Source: Lama glama
Lineage: Eukaryota
NCBI GenBank assembly: GCA_028534125.1
Contig: CM052816.1
Coordinates: forward strand, 81,098,001-81,162,000
Length of the DNA: 64,000 nt
Direction of reading: 5' to 3'
The translations under genes and the position numbers were made by a program. Below, piece by piece: positions 49,907-63,140 of the stretch (within the stretch, counting starts at the first letter, position 1; the number at the start of each line of letters is the position of its first letter). The notes under the pieces are model-generated. The model worked only from the letters and a program-made list of their open reading frames with translations. It searched no databases and was not told the origin of the DNA.

Positions 49907-49950
49907 GACAGATCGTGGTGTCCTTACTGACAGATCATGGTGTCCTTACT
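49907..49950. repeat. 22-bp tandem duplication GACAGATCRTGGTGTCCTTACT x2
   Basis: Units at 49907-49928 and 49929-49950, with one mismatch. Confidence 0.9.
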
Positions 49951-52113
49951 AACGGGAGAAACAAGACTCCCTCTTCTGACCAACCTGTTCTAGTAGTGAG
50001 CCTCATTTCTAGCCAGAAAGGCCTTCCTTACTGTCATCAGTCATAAGTCTCAACTCCTAAACGCAGCCATTGCCCTGCTCGGTGCCACACAGAGTTAAGA
50101 GAATACAGTTCATGAGCCCTCGGAGTTTACAGCCCCCACCAGACAGCCCGGCCGCCCACACGAGCATGGGGATGGGCCCTACACGAGGCCCCTGTGAAGT
50201 GGACCCCACGAGGGACAAGTGCCAGGGAAATAATTATCTGTGCTGAGTGTCAAATAAAGTGTCTAGCGTTCAAACAAGATGGAAATCACTTACCATCTCC
50301 CACACATTCGGACAGATTGCCAGAACAAGGACGCATGCCGTCCCATCATTTTGTCTCAGTTCTCTGGATTTTGTCCTCTGTAGTTGGCCAGCAGCGGGTA
50401 TCCCAAGGAAAAGAAAGCCACCTCTGCCTTTGGTCTTTCCCGCTGATGGCGCCTGTCGGCCATGTCTGCCTGCTAGTGTGGGTGTTTTCCTTAATCTTCT
50501 ATCGTGGGGAAAGCCGAATAGGAATCTAGTTATTTTTAAAACTGAGCGTAAAGAGTTGCCATTCGTGACCTGGCTCCTACCTGTGACAGAGAGCCAGATC
50601 TTTCTCATTTCTCTCTGGGGAGACAAATTCAGAGACAAATCCCCCAGTGCTTGTCTTCCAAATGAGTCAGCAGAGCATGCTATGTGCCTCAGCTGGTCTG
50701 GCAAGTGAGTGAATAATCCAGCAGCAATCTGGCTCCCAGGGCCGTCTGGAGCTCTGAGAAAGGCTGCAAAGCTCTCAGACATAGGCTAGTGGAAGAAAGC
50801 CATCAACATCCAATGCAAGGCTAGGCTGGCCCAGGTACCCACATGCACTTAAGCCTGTCAGAGAGTGGTCTGTCTTCCTGATCACAGACCAATGGTTCCC
50901 AGTGCGAAGGAGGCTTTAAAGCAGAAGGTGTTGCGCAGGAGTTCTCAAGAGTTTTTTGGAAAGACGTGACCTTTAACCTCCAATTCAGTTAAAGGGGAGA
51001 TCAGGGAAGGGGAAATTTCGATCGCAGGCAGATAAGAGGAGGGACGGGTCCGGGACCCACTTCTCCCTGTCACAGCGGGAACAAAGTTAGCTTCATCTTG
51101 AATGATTGGTAATAAGACCCAGAAAGTGAACCTCGTCCTGCCCTCCGAGGCCACCGGAGATGGTGGACTGTGGCAGAAAGTGGCCTGAGTGTGCTGCGTG
51201 GGTAGGCCAAACGTCAAAGAATATTATGCACTTGATGAACCCTGTGCATGTGACCTCCAGGCAATAAAAATATAGATACTGTTTTCATTCAGTTTGCTTT
51301 TGAATCATGAAATTAAAAATTCACAATTTAGAGTAACAGCAGGAACTTCCATAAATCAAGTGATCACAAATTCTTCATCAGAAGAGGGGCTCTCACCCTT
51401 CTTGCACCCCGAGGTCTGCTCTTCCAGCCTGGGCCTGCCTTCGTGCAGGTCATACTCGGTCGCTGGCTGACTTATTTCAGCCTTGAAGAGAGTGAAGTTC
51501 GAAATCTCCGTCCTTACCTAGTGAACTCAGGAAACGCAAAGGGCCAGTGGCTTACTCACAGTCTGGCAGCGATCCGGGAGAGAGCCAGGGGCCAGCCCTG
51601 TGCTTGACCCAAGACTCACTGTATCACCCGGTAGACTTCTTTCTCCCCATGAAGAAGTTATGGGCTGTCTTGGGGTGGGGGTTTGTCCTAAATTGCCCAA
51701 ATGACAGTTTCCATCCCAGGCTCAGCGCTGCCCCTATAGCAATGCCCTGGGCTGACAAGTTCACTCATCTCCCAGCCTCAAGTGTGGCTGCCTACAGAGA
51801 GAAACAAATTTGTTTTCTCTCTCCTCACCTAAAACAAACTGGATCGTCAAACAAAAGGCTGTCCTGGGGAGCTCATTAAGTCAAGTTCTGACCCTCATTA
51901 GTCTCGCCTGCATACAATACAGCAACTGGCTGCCCTTTTAATGACAAGAACAGCAGGGCGCCCCAGGGCTGGCAGATGACGTCCATTTACATAAGCAAAC
52001 CTCAGCAAGGAGAGCAGCGGGCCTGTGTGTGCAGAGAGACCAGGTGAAGGAGAACTCCCTGGACCTGGGCTCTTGGAATTAGTGAGTGTGGGGCGCAAGC
52101 ACATGAGAATGAC

Positions 52114-52186
52114 CTTTTTTTTTTTTAATTGAAGTAGAGTTGATTTACAATATTGTGGTCGTTCCTCGTGTACAGCAGTGATTCAG
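52114..52186 (-). mobile_element. Extremely truncated (about 73 bp) LINE-1 3' tip with TSD
   Basis: Poly-T plus AATTGAAGTAGAGTTGATTTACAATATTGTG...TGTACAGCAGTGATTCAG. The TSD TGAGAATGAC is at 52104-52113 and 52187-52196. Confidence 0.8.
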
Positions 52187-54005
52187 TGAGAATGACTTTT
52201 TAAAATTCTCCCGATGCTCATGCAGGGAATTGGTCATCTGATATATTTGCCCTTTGAGTGTGTCACACACACGTCATATACGGATGCTTCTCATCCCCCA
52301 TCACTCCCAAAGGCTTAGTTGAGAAACGCACGTCAATAATGTAATGACATAACCGTCCCTGGCTTCTAGGTGGTCAGGTGAGCAATGTCTGTCCTTGGCC
52401 TTGATGTCCCACTGGTGCCTGACCAGATGTGCCCAGATCTGGAAAGCTTGGGGACACATCCCCCAGAGACTGCTTTGGACACTCACTGGCCTCACTTCCC
52501 AGGGGTCTGGGTTCCTGTCGGACAGAGGGTCGAGGTGGGTAAACACATACAAAGCCCCAAAGGGGGCGGACAGGGGCAGGAAGCAGTACCTGCACACCCT
52601 GCTGAGCAGAGAGGCCGACCCAAGACCAGAAGAGGGGCAGCCAAGCCAGAGGGAGATGGAGACAGGGCAACACCGGGGGACGATTCTGGCCTCATTATTT
52701 CTGAAAGGCCAAAATCAGAAAGAACATATAAATTCTAACTTTTCCAACTTGATGACATCCTTTCAAGCTGGTCCTGAGAACATCAGAGAGCTCCCCCTGA
52801 ATTTCTTGAGTCACCTGGAGATGTGATTAGAAGGAAGAGAGGAGCAAAAATCCAGGCTTTGTAGAAAGATGGCTTTTTTTTTTTTTTTTGTCTTGTGTCT
52901 TAAAATGAAAGCTCTCCCTTTTTAAACAAGCACTTTCAAGGTACGGTGAGGACTGAGCTGAGAATCAGAAGCCCAACTCCTAGTTCAAGCTTCATTCATT
53001 TATTCACTCACTGCGAACAATCAGCAGCTTAATTTTGTTCAATTCTACCTTCAAGCTGTATTCCATAGAGCAGCAGCATTCCTTAAAATGTCAACAGATG
53101 GCCCTAGAAATAGCACTCTGGTGGTTAAACAGGTTTACAAAATGCTAAATTGAACAAAGTCAAGCAGTTCTCTTTATGTTCCAGTAATAATTATAATAAC
53201 TAATTTCTGTTGAATAGCTCCTGTATTCTAGGAGCTGAACTTAATAGAATTTAAGTTCTATTGTGTTTAGTTCTTACAAAGCTTTCGTAGATGGGGACTG
53301 TTATTATCCTATGAGAGAGACTCTGGCTAACATCCTAAACAGAAAGAAGAGATCTTCGTCAGTGGATGGGGTCAAAACCCCAGAAAATGTTGGGTGGGCA
53401 AGTTCTTAAGTAGGGGTCCAAACCAGGCTTGCCTAGTAATGACATGTCTCCTATTAGCACGTATGTTCAGCTAGCGAATACGGGCAAACAGCTTTGTGCT
53501 GCAGTTTCTTTTTCTAACAGGCAGGTCTACAAATTGAGTATGTACACTGGGAAGAAGTGAAGGTCCATAAAAGAGAAGACTAAGACTGACAATGTACTTC
53601 AAGGTGAGAGAGGGACAGAACCCACACCTGGAGATGGAACTAGCAGGCAAAAGATGGAAGAAGAAAAAGAGGAGGGGAGACATGAGATGACACACTAAAG
53701 GTCCCTCATTTTAAAGCAAGTATTTAAAACAGCAGCTAATACAGCATGACTCAGATCAAGTGAATCAGGATTTCTGACTCAGCTGGAGTTGCCCTTGCTC
53801 CAGCTGTGAAAAAAAAAGTCTGTGAAACCAAAGGAGCATCTAAACAAGCTGTATGGAAAGGATGAGGGTCCCAGTCTGCTCCCAGCACATCAGCAAGCAA
53901 AGGTAATAAAAGATCTCCTTAGTTAATGTTTTCTAACTAACACTCAACATGAAACATGATGACAGTGGTTTTGGAGGGTCTTTATTCTGTATGGCCTTGG
54001 TTCTT

Positions 54006-54143
54006 TTTTTTTTTTAATTATTTTGATGGGGGAAGTAATTAGGGTTATTTATTTATTTTATTTTTTAATGGAGGTACCAGGGATTGAACCCAGGACCTCA
54101 TGCATGCTAAGCACACACTCTACCACTGATCTATACCCTCCTT
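54006..54143 (-). mobile_element. tRNA-derived camelid SINE (vic-1 type)
   Basis: The reverse complement reads GGAGGGTATAGATCAGTGGTAGAGTGTGTGCTTAGCATGCATGAGGTCCTGGGTTCAATCCCTGGTACCTCC, then an AT-rich tail with CCTAATTACTTCCCCC. The TSD GCCTTG(G/A)TTCTT is at 53994-54005 and 54144-54155. Confidence 0.85.
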
Positions 54144-54845
54144 GCCTTGATTCTTGATAATAATAATAGTAACCTGATAAATAATAATAAGTGTAGCAAA
54201 GCTTCATTTACCCAGCCTTGTCAAGGAAAAAAAGGTGTTTCATACAAGCAACTATTCTGAATTCTTAAGTGTTATTTCTCTAAGTATCGAAACTTCTTGA
54301 ATATAAACACCTTTGATGGAAGTGCTTCTAAAATGACCCACACAAATCCTTGCCTTGATGCCAGAAATATGCTAAATGTGATACTAACTTATTGTGATTC
54401 TCTATATGAAAGGCTAGGACAGTGAACAGTCCAATAGCCTCCATCACTACTGAAGAGTGTATTGTGCTGTTTGCACAAGGCTGACACCAGACTTGTGTGT
54501 TTCTAGATAATCTTTCCTCCTCCACACTGACACGGCATGAGCTGGGACCCTCCTCCCTTCCAGAAATGCTGCCTTCCCTCGGCTGTGGAGTCTTCTGCCT
54601 CTCCTCATCTGGCCCCTCCTACTGCTGACCTCTAGGGTCCAGCACAGCTAAAGAATGAAGTCTCCCTGCCTCAGGATGGTGCAGAACACACTCCATTAGT
54701 AGTCACACCCCTAAATAAACTCTATGTCCTCCTCCTTGCAAAATCTCTTGGCTTCTCTGAGCATGCCATGAGGAACCATCACACATTAGCCCTTGGGGTT
54801 GGAATGCCCTCCCCAGGGGCCTTGTCTCTTTCAAAGCCAAGTCCT

Positions 54846-55269
54846 ACTCAGCCTTGCTGGATGTTCTCAAGTTACCCTCTCCAGACCCGCCTCCCACCCT
54901 TCTCCAGTCAGCTGACATATATGGACGTCAGCTGGGTCCCCTCATCCTCCGGCTTCTGGCTGGCTTCCTCAGGAGATGAGCAGGCAGGAGATGAAGGCCC
55001 GGATGCCAGGGTCTGCACTCCTCCACCAGACGCCACAGGTGGTTCTCCCAACTACCATGGGCCTTGCAGGTTCCAGAAACCTCTCCCTCCTCTTGCCCTT
55101 TCTGATCTAGAGGTGCTAACAGCTTTCCTTTTGTGGGCCCTGGGTTCTTTGCCACCCTTTGATGACTTTCCTTAACTCCACACATACTTTGGCAAGAGCA
55201 GCTTTACTGAGCTCTCTCTCGCGTCCTTTCAACGTGTCTTCCATTTCCTCCCAGCACCCAATGGACACA
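54846..55269 (+). mobile_element. ERVL-class solo LTR (LTR33-like)
   Basis: CCTCCGGCTTCTGGCTGG, CAGGCAGGAGATG, CTCTTGCCCTTTCTGATCTAGAGGTGCTAACAGCTT and TTCCTTAACTCCACACATACTTTG match the recalled LTR33 consensus. Confidence 0.65.
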
Positions 55270-58238
55270 TCAAGCTTCTGTGAGCCATGGAAGCTTGTTC
55301 TTGCTGGAGCCTTCCCTGAACCACCCAGCTCCCCCCTCCTTCTGTAATGCACTCCATGCAGACTTGTGCTGTTCCACTCACCAGTCCCTCTTACACTTTT
55401 GCACACCTGCGTGCCCTGACTCTCCACAAGCAACTTGATCTGCAAGCCACATGGTAGGTATCTTAGTCTCCCTAGGACCCGGCCCTGCCTCTAATGCAGA
55501 GATGGCACTCGCTTGAGTTGACTCCACTGTCACCTGTCACTATGTGCTACTCTCACTGTGTCTGCCTCTAGGATATTACCTTCCTCTCTCATACTCACTC
55601 CTACTAACGTTACGCAAACTGAGGAAAGAAATCACAAAGCGTGTTATAGCTCTGCTTAAAGAGGCGTCAAATAGGTTCAGAGTGAGGATTTGAGAGATTT
55701 CCCCTATGATAAAATTAATAGATTATGTGTCTGTTTTAGCTGCTAAAGGCCTTTATCACACACTTCTTTGCTCTTGACTAGATTCCACGTAGTTGAGACT
55801 GCCATAAAAATTGGTTCGGCGGCTACTGCTAAGAGAAAGTCTTCTAGGTTTTACACCAATACAGGATGTTCATACTGAAACTAATGATGTAATTCGCAGC
55901 CAGTGAATGAGACAGATTTTTTTTTGAGAAATCTGTTCCCAAGTTTGCACCAAGAAAACAAACTTAAACAAAATCAAACATCATCTCCCTCACAAGAAAC
56001 TTAATTCCTTACATCCTGAACACTGTTTATTGGTGAAATTAAGGAATTATTGTAAACTTTCAGGTATGATAATAGTATTATGGATATGTCTTTAAAAATA
56101 CAAGAGTTCCAGTAGTGACAGAATGGCTTGTATCAGATTACCTTCCAAAAAAACAATTACACACTCTGGACAAAGTATTTTAAAAAGAACATTTTTAAAA
56201 TGTTAAATGAATATCTTAAAAAGTATTTCATTGAAGGCACTGGAAAGTGACAAAAATCAGGCAGAAACTGGAAGATATTTGACCCTTGCAAGAAGGGACC
56301 CCACTGAATGAGAACTAAATGTACATGGCTTTTCCTTTGAGGGTATTCCTGGGCCAGGAGGCATGAAGCAGCTCAAACTCAAGCAGGAAGCTATGACTTC
56401 CTGGCTGTAGCGATCAGGGATGTGGTTCAGAGCTGATCCTGAGGTCGCACAATGAGGGAGTAAATTCTGGGGAGAAAACAGCCACAGAGAAAGGAGCACC
56501 CAAATCTGTTCATAAACTTCTGCTGCCCTTAGTTGATTCCCATATTTCATATGCACCGAGGAGACACCAAGGAGTCCAGTAGACAGTGACAGCTGGAAGG
56601 CTGAAGAACATCTGAACCACTGCCTTCTTCACAGAAGAGACTATGGAACTGAGATACCAGCAAGTTAGAGGAACATGGTCAAGACCTCAGGCTTCCCAGT
56701 AAAACCCTATATGGGCTACACTTGAGGCACAGAGATTATGTCCAAAGACTAAGGATTCATCCTAAGACCAAAAGAAAACCGAGACAGAGCCAGTTTCTTT
56801 CTCCTTAAGAAAGAATAAAACCAAGCTTCCAAAAGTTCAGAGTGGTCAATCAGTAAACTTGCCTGCTAGAACGAAAATTACTCTTTAGAGGAATATAACT
56901 GAATACAATCTCTATAACATATCATCCACAACATCCAGTCTAAAATTTAAAAATTACTAGATATGCAGGGGCAGAGAGGTGATCCATAGTCAAGAGAAAA
57001 AGAAACGGTGTATACAAAGTGGTCCTGAAATGATCCATATGTTGCAATTAGCAGATAAGAACTTTAAAGCAGCTAATGTAAATATGTTCAACGACTTAAA
57101 GAGAAAGACGGCCAAAAGGAGTGACCAAATGGGGAATCTCAGCAGAAAAATGGAAGCTATAAAAAAGACCAGGTGGATATACTAGAACTGATAAATACAA
57201 TATTGAAAAAAGAAATATTCACTGGAGAGGCTTAAAAGCAAAATAAGTCTGTGATCTCAAAGATTTATCAATAGTAAATATCCCAATCTAAATACAAAAT
57301 CAATATACAATTTGGTATTTCTATATATACTACCAAAATCATTTGAAAGATCAACTTCTTATTCTGCTCACAACAGTATCAGAAGACATAAAATTATTTG
57401 CCATAAATTTAATCAAATATATGCAGGACTGCCACACAGAAAACTACAAAAGTTACCAAGAAAAATTAAAGAAGACTTAGTTATATGGAGAGGTATATCA
57501 TGTTTGTGGGTTGGAAGACTCAATATATTTAAGTTGTCAGTTTTTCCCCAAACTGGTCTGCAGTTCAGTACCATCCAAATCAAAAATCCCAGGAAGTTTT
57601 TTGTAGATATTGACAAGTTGATTCTAAAATTTATATTGAAAAAAGAAAGAACTAGAATAGGCAAAATATAAAGAAGAGGCAAAACTAGAATAGAGAAGAA
57701 TAAATCAGAGGACTCACATGACCAGATTTCATCTTACTATAAAGCTATAATGTTCAAGACGGTATGAAATTGGTATAAGGATAGACAAACAGATAGTGAA
57801 ACAGAAAAAAAAGAAGCCCAAAAACCACACTTAAAACAGTCATCTGAGTTGGCCAAGGCACCTGAGCAATTCAATGGGGGAAAAAAATCTTTTTCAACAT
57901 ATGGTAATAAGACAAATTGATTTAAAAAATACAAGTAAAAGCTAAAACTTGATTTCTACCTCTCAGCTTACACAAAAATTCATTTGAGATGGATGACAAA
58001 TCTAAACATGAAAGCTAAAACTATGTAGTTCTGAAAGAAAACAGGAGAATATCTTTGTGTCTTTGGAGTTGGCAAATTTTTCTTAAAGAGAATATTAAAA
58101 AGCACTAAACATGTTTTTAAAAAGACTTCAATATAAAAATCTCTTTTTATCAAAAAGCACCATTAAAAATATGAAAAGGACTGAAATGAAATATTCATTA
58201 TACATATAGTTGACTTATATCCAGAACATTAAGGTCAA

Positions 58239-58374
58239 GTAGGGTGTAGCCCAGTGGTAGAGTGCCTGCTGAGTATGTATGAAGCCCTGGGTTCAATCCC
58301 CAGTATCTGCATTAAAAATAATAATAATTTAAAAATAAATAAACCTAATTACTTCCCCTCAAAACAAAAACAAA
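58239..58374 (+). mobile_element. tRNA-derived camelid SINE (vic-1 type) inserted in L1
   Basis: AGGGTGTAGCCCAGTGGTAGAGTGCCTGCTGAGTATGTATGAAGCCCTGGGTTCAATCCCCAGTATCTGC, then AAATAAACCTAATTACTTCCCCTC. Pol III A and B boxes are visible. Confidence 0.85.
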
Positions 58375-59074
58375 CAGAATATTTAAAAGAACTCTTTAAA
58401 TCAATGACAAAAAGAGATAATAATCCAAGTTTTAAATAGGCAAAATACTTCAGCAGACAGATCACAAAAGTGAATGAGCCAACCAGCACATGGAAGGAGG
58501 CTCAGAAATAACTAGTCACCAAGGGAATACAGTCTAAAACCACAATGAGATACCATTTTACACACATCAGAATAGCTAAAATTAAAAATCTGACAACACC
58601 AAATGTAGATAATATTGTAAAACAACTAACTCTCATGCATTGCTAGTGGGAATGTAAAACAATATCATTGTGGCATTTTCTTATAAAGTTAAACAGACAT
58701 CTATACTGTGACCCAGTAATTCCATTCCTAGGTATTCATGCAATAGAAATGAAAACATATGTGCACACAAAGACTTATATGCTCTTTACAGCTTTAGTCA
58801 TAATAGTCCCAAACTGGAAAAAAAAAAAAAGCCTATCAATAGGAGAAGAAATAAATTGTGGTGTATTTATGCAATAGAATATTACTCAGCAATGTAAAAA
58901 AAAATAGAATGAATATTAATACATGCAACATCATATAAAATCTCAAAAGCAGTATATGGAGTGAAAAAAACCAGACACAAGAGTATATATGGCATGATTC
59001 CACCCATATAGTATGTACTATATGGATTCAAGAATGGGCAAAGCAAACGTATGGTAATAGAAATAAGAGCAGTT

Positions 59075-61035
59075 ACACCAAAAACAATAAAATATATAGG
59101 AGTAAATTTAACCAAAGAGGTAAAAGATCTGTATACTGAAAACTATAAGACTTTGATGAAAAAAAATTGAAGACACAAATAGAAGGAAAAAATATTGCAT
59201 ATTCTTGGACTAGAAGAATTAATATTGCTAAAATACCCATACTACCCAAGGTGACCTATAGATTCAATGCAATCCCTATACATTTCCAATGACATTGTTC
59301 ACAGAAATAGAACAATTCAAAAATTTGTACAGAACCACAGAAGACCCCTGTAGAGCCAAAGCAATCTTAAGGAAAAACAAAGTTGGAAGCATCACACTTC
59401 CTGGTTTCAAACTATACTACAAAGCTATAGTAATCAAAACAGTATGATACAGGCATTAAAAAATAGACACATAGACCAATAGACAGAATCAGATGCCCAG
59501 AAATAAACCCACACATATACAATCAACTAATTTTAGACAAGGGAGCCAAAAATACACAATGGAGAAAGGATAATCTCTTCAATAAATGATGTTAGGAAAA
59601 CTAGATATCCACACAGAAAAGAATGAAATCGGAGCCCTATCTCATCTCACTCACAAAAATTAGCTCAAAATGAATTAAAGATTTAAATGTAAGACCTGAA
59701 ACCATAAAACTACTACAAAACGTAGGGGAAAGCTCTTTGATATTGGTCTTGGCTATGATTGTTTAGATATGACACTGAAAGCACAAGCAACAAAAGCAAA
59801 AATAAACAAGTGGGACTCTATCAAACTAAAAAGCTGCTGCACAGCAAAGGAGCCATCAAGAAAATGAAAAGGCAACCTATGGAGTAGTAGAAGACATTTG
59901 TGAATTTTATATCTGATAAGGAGTTAATATCCAAAACACATAAGAAACTCATATAACTCAACAGCAAAAACACAATCTGATTAACCAAATGAGCAAAGAA
60001 CCCAAGTAGACATTTTTCCAAAGAGAACATATGGATGGCCAACACGTACATGTAAAGGTGCTCAACGTTACTAATCATCAGGGAAATGAAATCAAAACGG
60101 CAAGGAGATGTCACTTCACACCTGTTAAGATGGTATTATCAAAAAAGAGAGAGAAAGATAAGTGTTGGTGAGGATGTGGAGAAAAAAAGAAAACTGTGCA
60201 CTGCTGGTGGGAATGTAAATTGATACAGCTTCTATTGGAAACAGTATGGACCTTCTTCAAAAAAATTAAAAATAGAACTACCATGTGACCCAGCTATCCA
60301 GCTTCTGGGTATGTATCTTAAAGAACTGAAGCCAGTACCTAGAAGAGATAAATGCACTCTGTGTTCACTGCAGCATTATTCACAAGAGCCACGATATGGA
60401 AACAACCTGTATCCACTGACAGACAAATTGTGATTTGTGATTAAAGAAACTGTGAGACAGAAACATAGACAGAGAGATGGAGAGATAGATAGACAGATGA
60501 TAGATAGATGATAGAAAGAGAGAGATAGAATTCAGCCATAAAAATATGGAAATCCTGCATTTGCAACAACATGGATCAATCTGGAAGGCATTATGCTAAG
60601 TAAAATAAACCATACAGAGAAAAAAACAAATACTGTGTGATGTCACATGTGTGGGATTTTAAGAAAGTCAAATTCATAGAAAAAGAAAGTTGAATGGTGG
60701 TTGTCAAGGATTGGAGATTGGGAGAAATGGGGAGATGTTGGTAAAAGGGTAAAACTTTCAGTCATAGGGTAAATAAGTTCTGGAGATCTAACGCACAGCA
60801 TGGTGACTATTGTTAACAATACTATACTGTATACATGTAATCTACTAAGAGAGTAAATCTTAAAATGTTCTCACCATCAAAAAATAAAAATAAGAAAGGT
60901 AACTATATGAGGTTATGGATATGTTAACTAACTTTATTGTGGTAATCATTTCACAATATATACATATATCAAATCATTATGTTGTACACCTTAAATTTGT
61001 GCAATTTCATTTGTCAATTATACCTCAGTAAAGAT
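59075..61035 (+). mobile_element. LINE-1 (L1MA-like) ORF2 3' part and 3'UTR, about 2 kb
   Basis: AAATTTAACCAAAGAGGTAAAAGATCTGTATACTGAAAACTATAAGAC...TAGATTCAATGCAATCCCTAT...GTCAATTATACCTCAGTAAAG. It is interrupted by stops and frameshifts. Confidence 0.9.
60455..60530. repeat. Imperfect (GATA/GACA/GA)n tetranucleotide microsatellite inside L1
   Basis: Directly visible. Confidence 0.8.
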
Positions 61036-62299
61036 TCAGGGGGAAGAAGAGTGGCTGCTTATGGGGATGGAAATTGATTGGAAAGGGACATGAGGGAACT
61101 GTGTGTGGTCATGCAAATCTCCTATATCTTAACAGGAGTGGTAGTTGCATGAACATACACATTTATCAAAGGCAATCAAACTGCACAGTTAAGAGCTATG
61201 AATTTCACTGTATATAAATTTTATTTTAATAAAATAATAAAGAGATTTATCATATTTAGATACATATTAAAATACAGATGAAATAAGGACACCTTGGATT
61301 CGCTTCACAGTCACCAAGGTTATAGATGAAATTGGACTGAGTAGATTAATCATTGAAGCTGAGAGTTGGGGACATGGAGTTTCACAATACTGTGCTCTCC
61401 ATTTTTGTATATATTTAAAACTTCCCATAATAAAACGTGTCTTGATTAATCAATTCCCTAAATGAATATCCCAAGCCTAGAAAACTGTGGAACCCTTCCC
61501 ACAGTCGGTGCTATTAGGACATATGAAAATACAGAACAATAAGGTCAACATTCATATTTTGTCCAATCCCATCCTGTTTTCTATCGCTGCACTAATTTTT
61601 TTTTAATTTTTAAATCAATACTTTTTTAAAGACATCTGTAGACCTCAAATATCAACTTTAAAGAATAGGGCAACACACCAAAAGATCAACCCGCTCTGAA
61701 TCCCACTTGGGAGCCATCATAATGAACTGCTCTAAATCATTCTGGACCATGGTAAGACAGCCTTTGGAAACTATGCAAGTAATGAGTTTCATATGCTTAC
61801 TAACTACCAGGAAAAATAGTCATTCCTTGTCATCAGCCTAAAAGTAGCCCTTCTACAGGTCTACAGTTTGAGAATTCAGTTAAGTCTTCAGGTTTCAAGA
61901 AACGCCCCACAGTCTTCACAGGTTGAATCATGCTTCATTTCGAAGAGACTAATCTTTTTAAGTCTATTTCATAAGAAAATTGTTTCACTCTCTTGGGCAA
62001 TTAAAAGATACTCTATTTCTTTTTTAAAACATTTAGGGCTAACATATTCTACTAATGTGAGGAGAGTTCGCCTCTCTGAAGAAAGTTACCAAAACTATGA
62101 AGAGTATTCTAGATGCAGATGGATTATGATTTTGAATCACCGAGGCCCAATATTTTGAAAGGTAGAATGACACTGAGCTTAATAAATATATTGGCTGCAG
62201 TACAAGAGAGACTCCTGGCTACATGCCTTAGGGAGATGCATTATTTTAACCTCTCAGGGATCCTTAACAGCCTAAAAGAATTATAGAATCACAAAAGTT

Positions 62300-62465
62300 T
62301 ACACCTCGAAGGGAATTTAGAGCTCATAGAGTCCACCCAGCATGTTGTGAAAATGAGAAACTGAAGCTCATAACAGTTACCGGATTCGCTCAGTGTTGCT
62401 CCAGTGGTAAGAACAGAGCTGCGACTGGAACTCAAGTCTCCCGACTCCAAATCCGTACCTCCATC
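62300..62465 (-). mobile_element. MIR SINE
   Basis: GAAAATGAGAAACTGAAGCTCA...CAGAGCTGCGACTGGAACTCAAGTCTCCCGACTCCAAATCC. Confidence 0.7.
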
Positions 62466-63140
62466 ATCAGTGTTGACTTGTTTCTCAAGCAAGGCACCTC
62501 GCTAAACACCAAACTCACACCTAAAGCTGGAGCACCAATGTGAGTTCTCTCACATGTGTAAGATTCCGAAGAAGTTCTCTGCATATCAGGAGGGAGGGGA
62601 AAAAAATGAAGAAGTTTGCCCTAGCAAACAGATTTTCAGTGAACTGTCAGGAAAGCAGAATCAAAGAAGAAAAAAGAAGTGATATTGGGTACCAGATTGT
62701 TAAACTTAGCTCCAAGGTTGTTTAAAAAAAAAAGTTAATTGACAAAAAGGCTTAATCTGTTTAAGCCCACTGCTCGTAAGTCGATTCATCATTATTTAAG
62801 GACCTACTGCATTTTTTAAGAGCTGAGGTACAGAACTTTAAGGAGATAAAATCCTAATCAGAGGCTCTGTTCTCAAAGAACTAAGATGTCAAAAATCCTA
62901 CGTCAAATATCACTGTCATCTGACGCAAGGAGCCCCCCTCACTCCCAGGGCATAAATGAATGTGTTAAAGAGGTTGGCAGGCAGCTCACGTTCTTCTTCT
63001 CCACCCACATTACTGCATTCGTACTGAACTATTTCAGTGTCCCTGTGTGTGATCCATTCATTTAACATTGTAGCATCTTGGTTCCCTGACTGACGTCTTT
63101 GTTGAATTTCATCGATTCACTCTCATGCGCACATCCTAGT

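Larger units (their letters stand above)
55990..61436 (+). mobile_element. Nested LINE-1 cluster (old L1MC/ME-like host, L1MD-like element at about 56100-61240, L1MA-like element at about 59075-61035)
   Basis: There are three successive L1 3' ends (about 61033, 61240 and 61436). ORF2 remnants include ORFs 57312..57671 and 58668..58877. The ORF2 region restarts at about 59075 after a 3'UTR has begun. Confidence 0.8.

Noticed and set aside
58241..58310. tRNA-like sequence with A and B boxes (also 54070-54140)
   Set aside because: It is the head of a tRNA-derived SINE with the family tail, not a tRNA gene.
57312..60114. ORFs resembling reverse-transcriptase-associated protein
   Set aside because: These are fragmented LINE-1 ORF2 remnants with stops and frameshifts, not an intact or domesticated gene.
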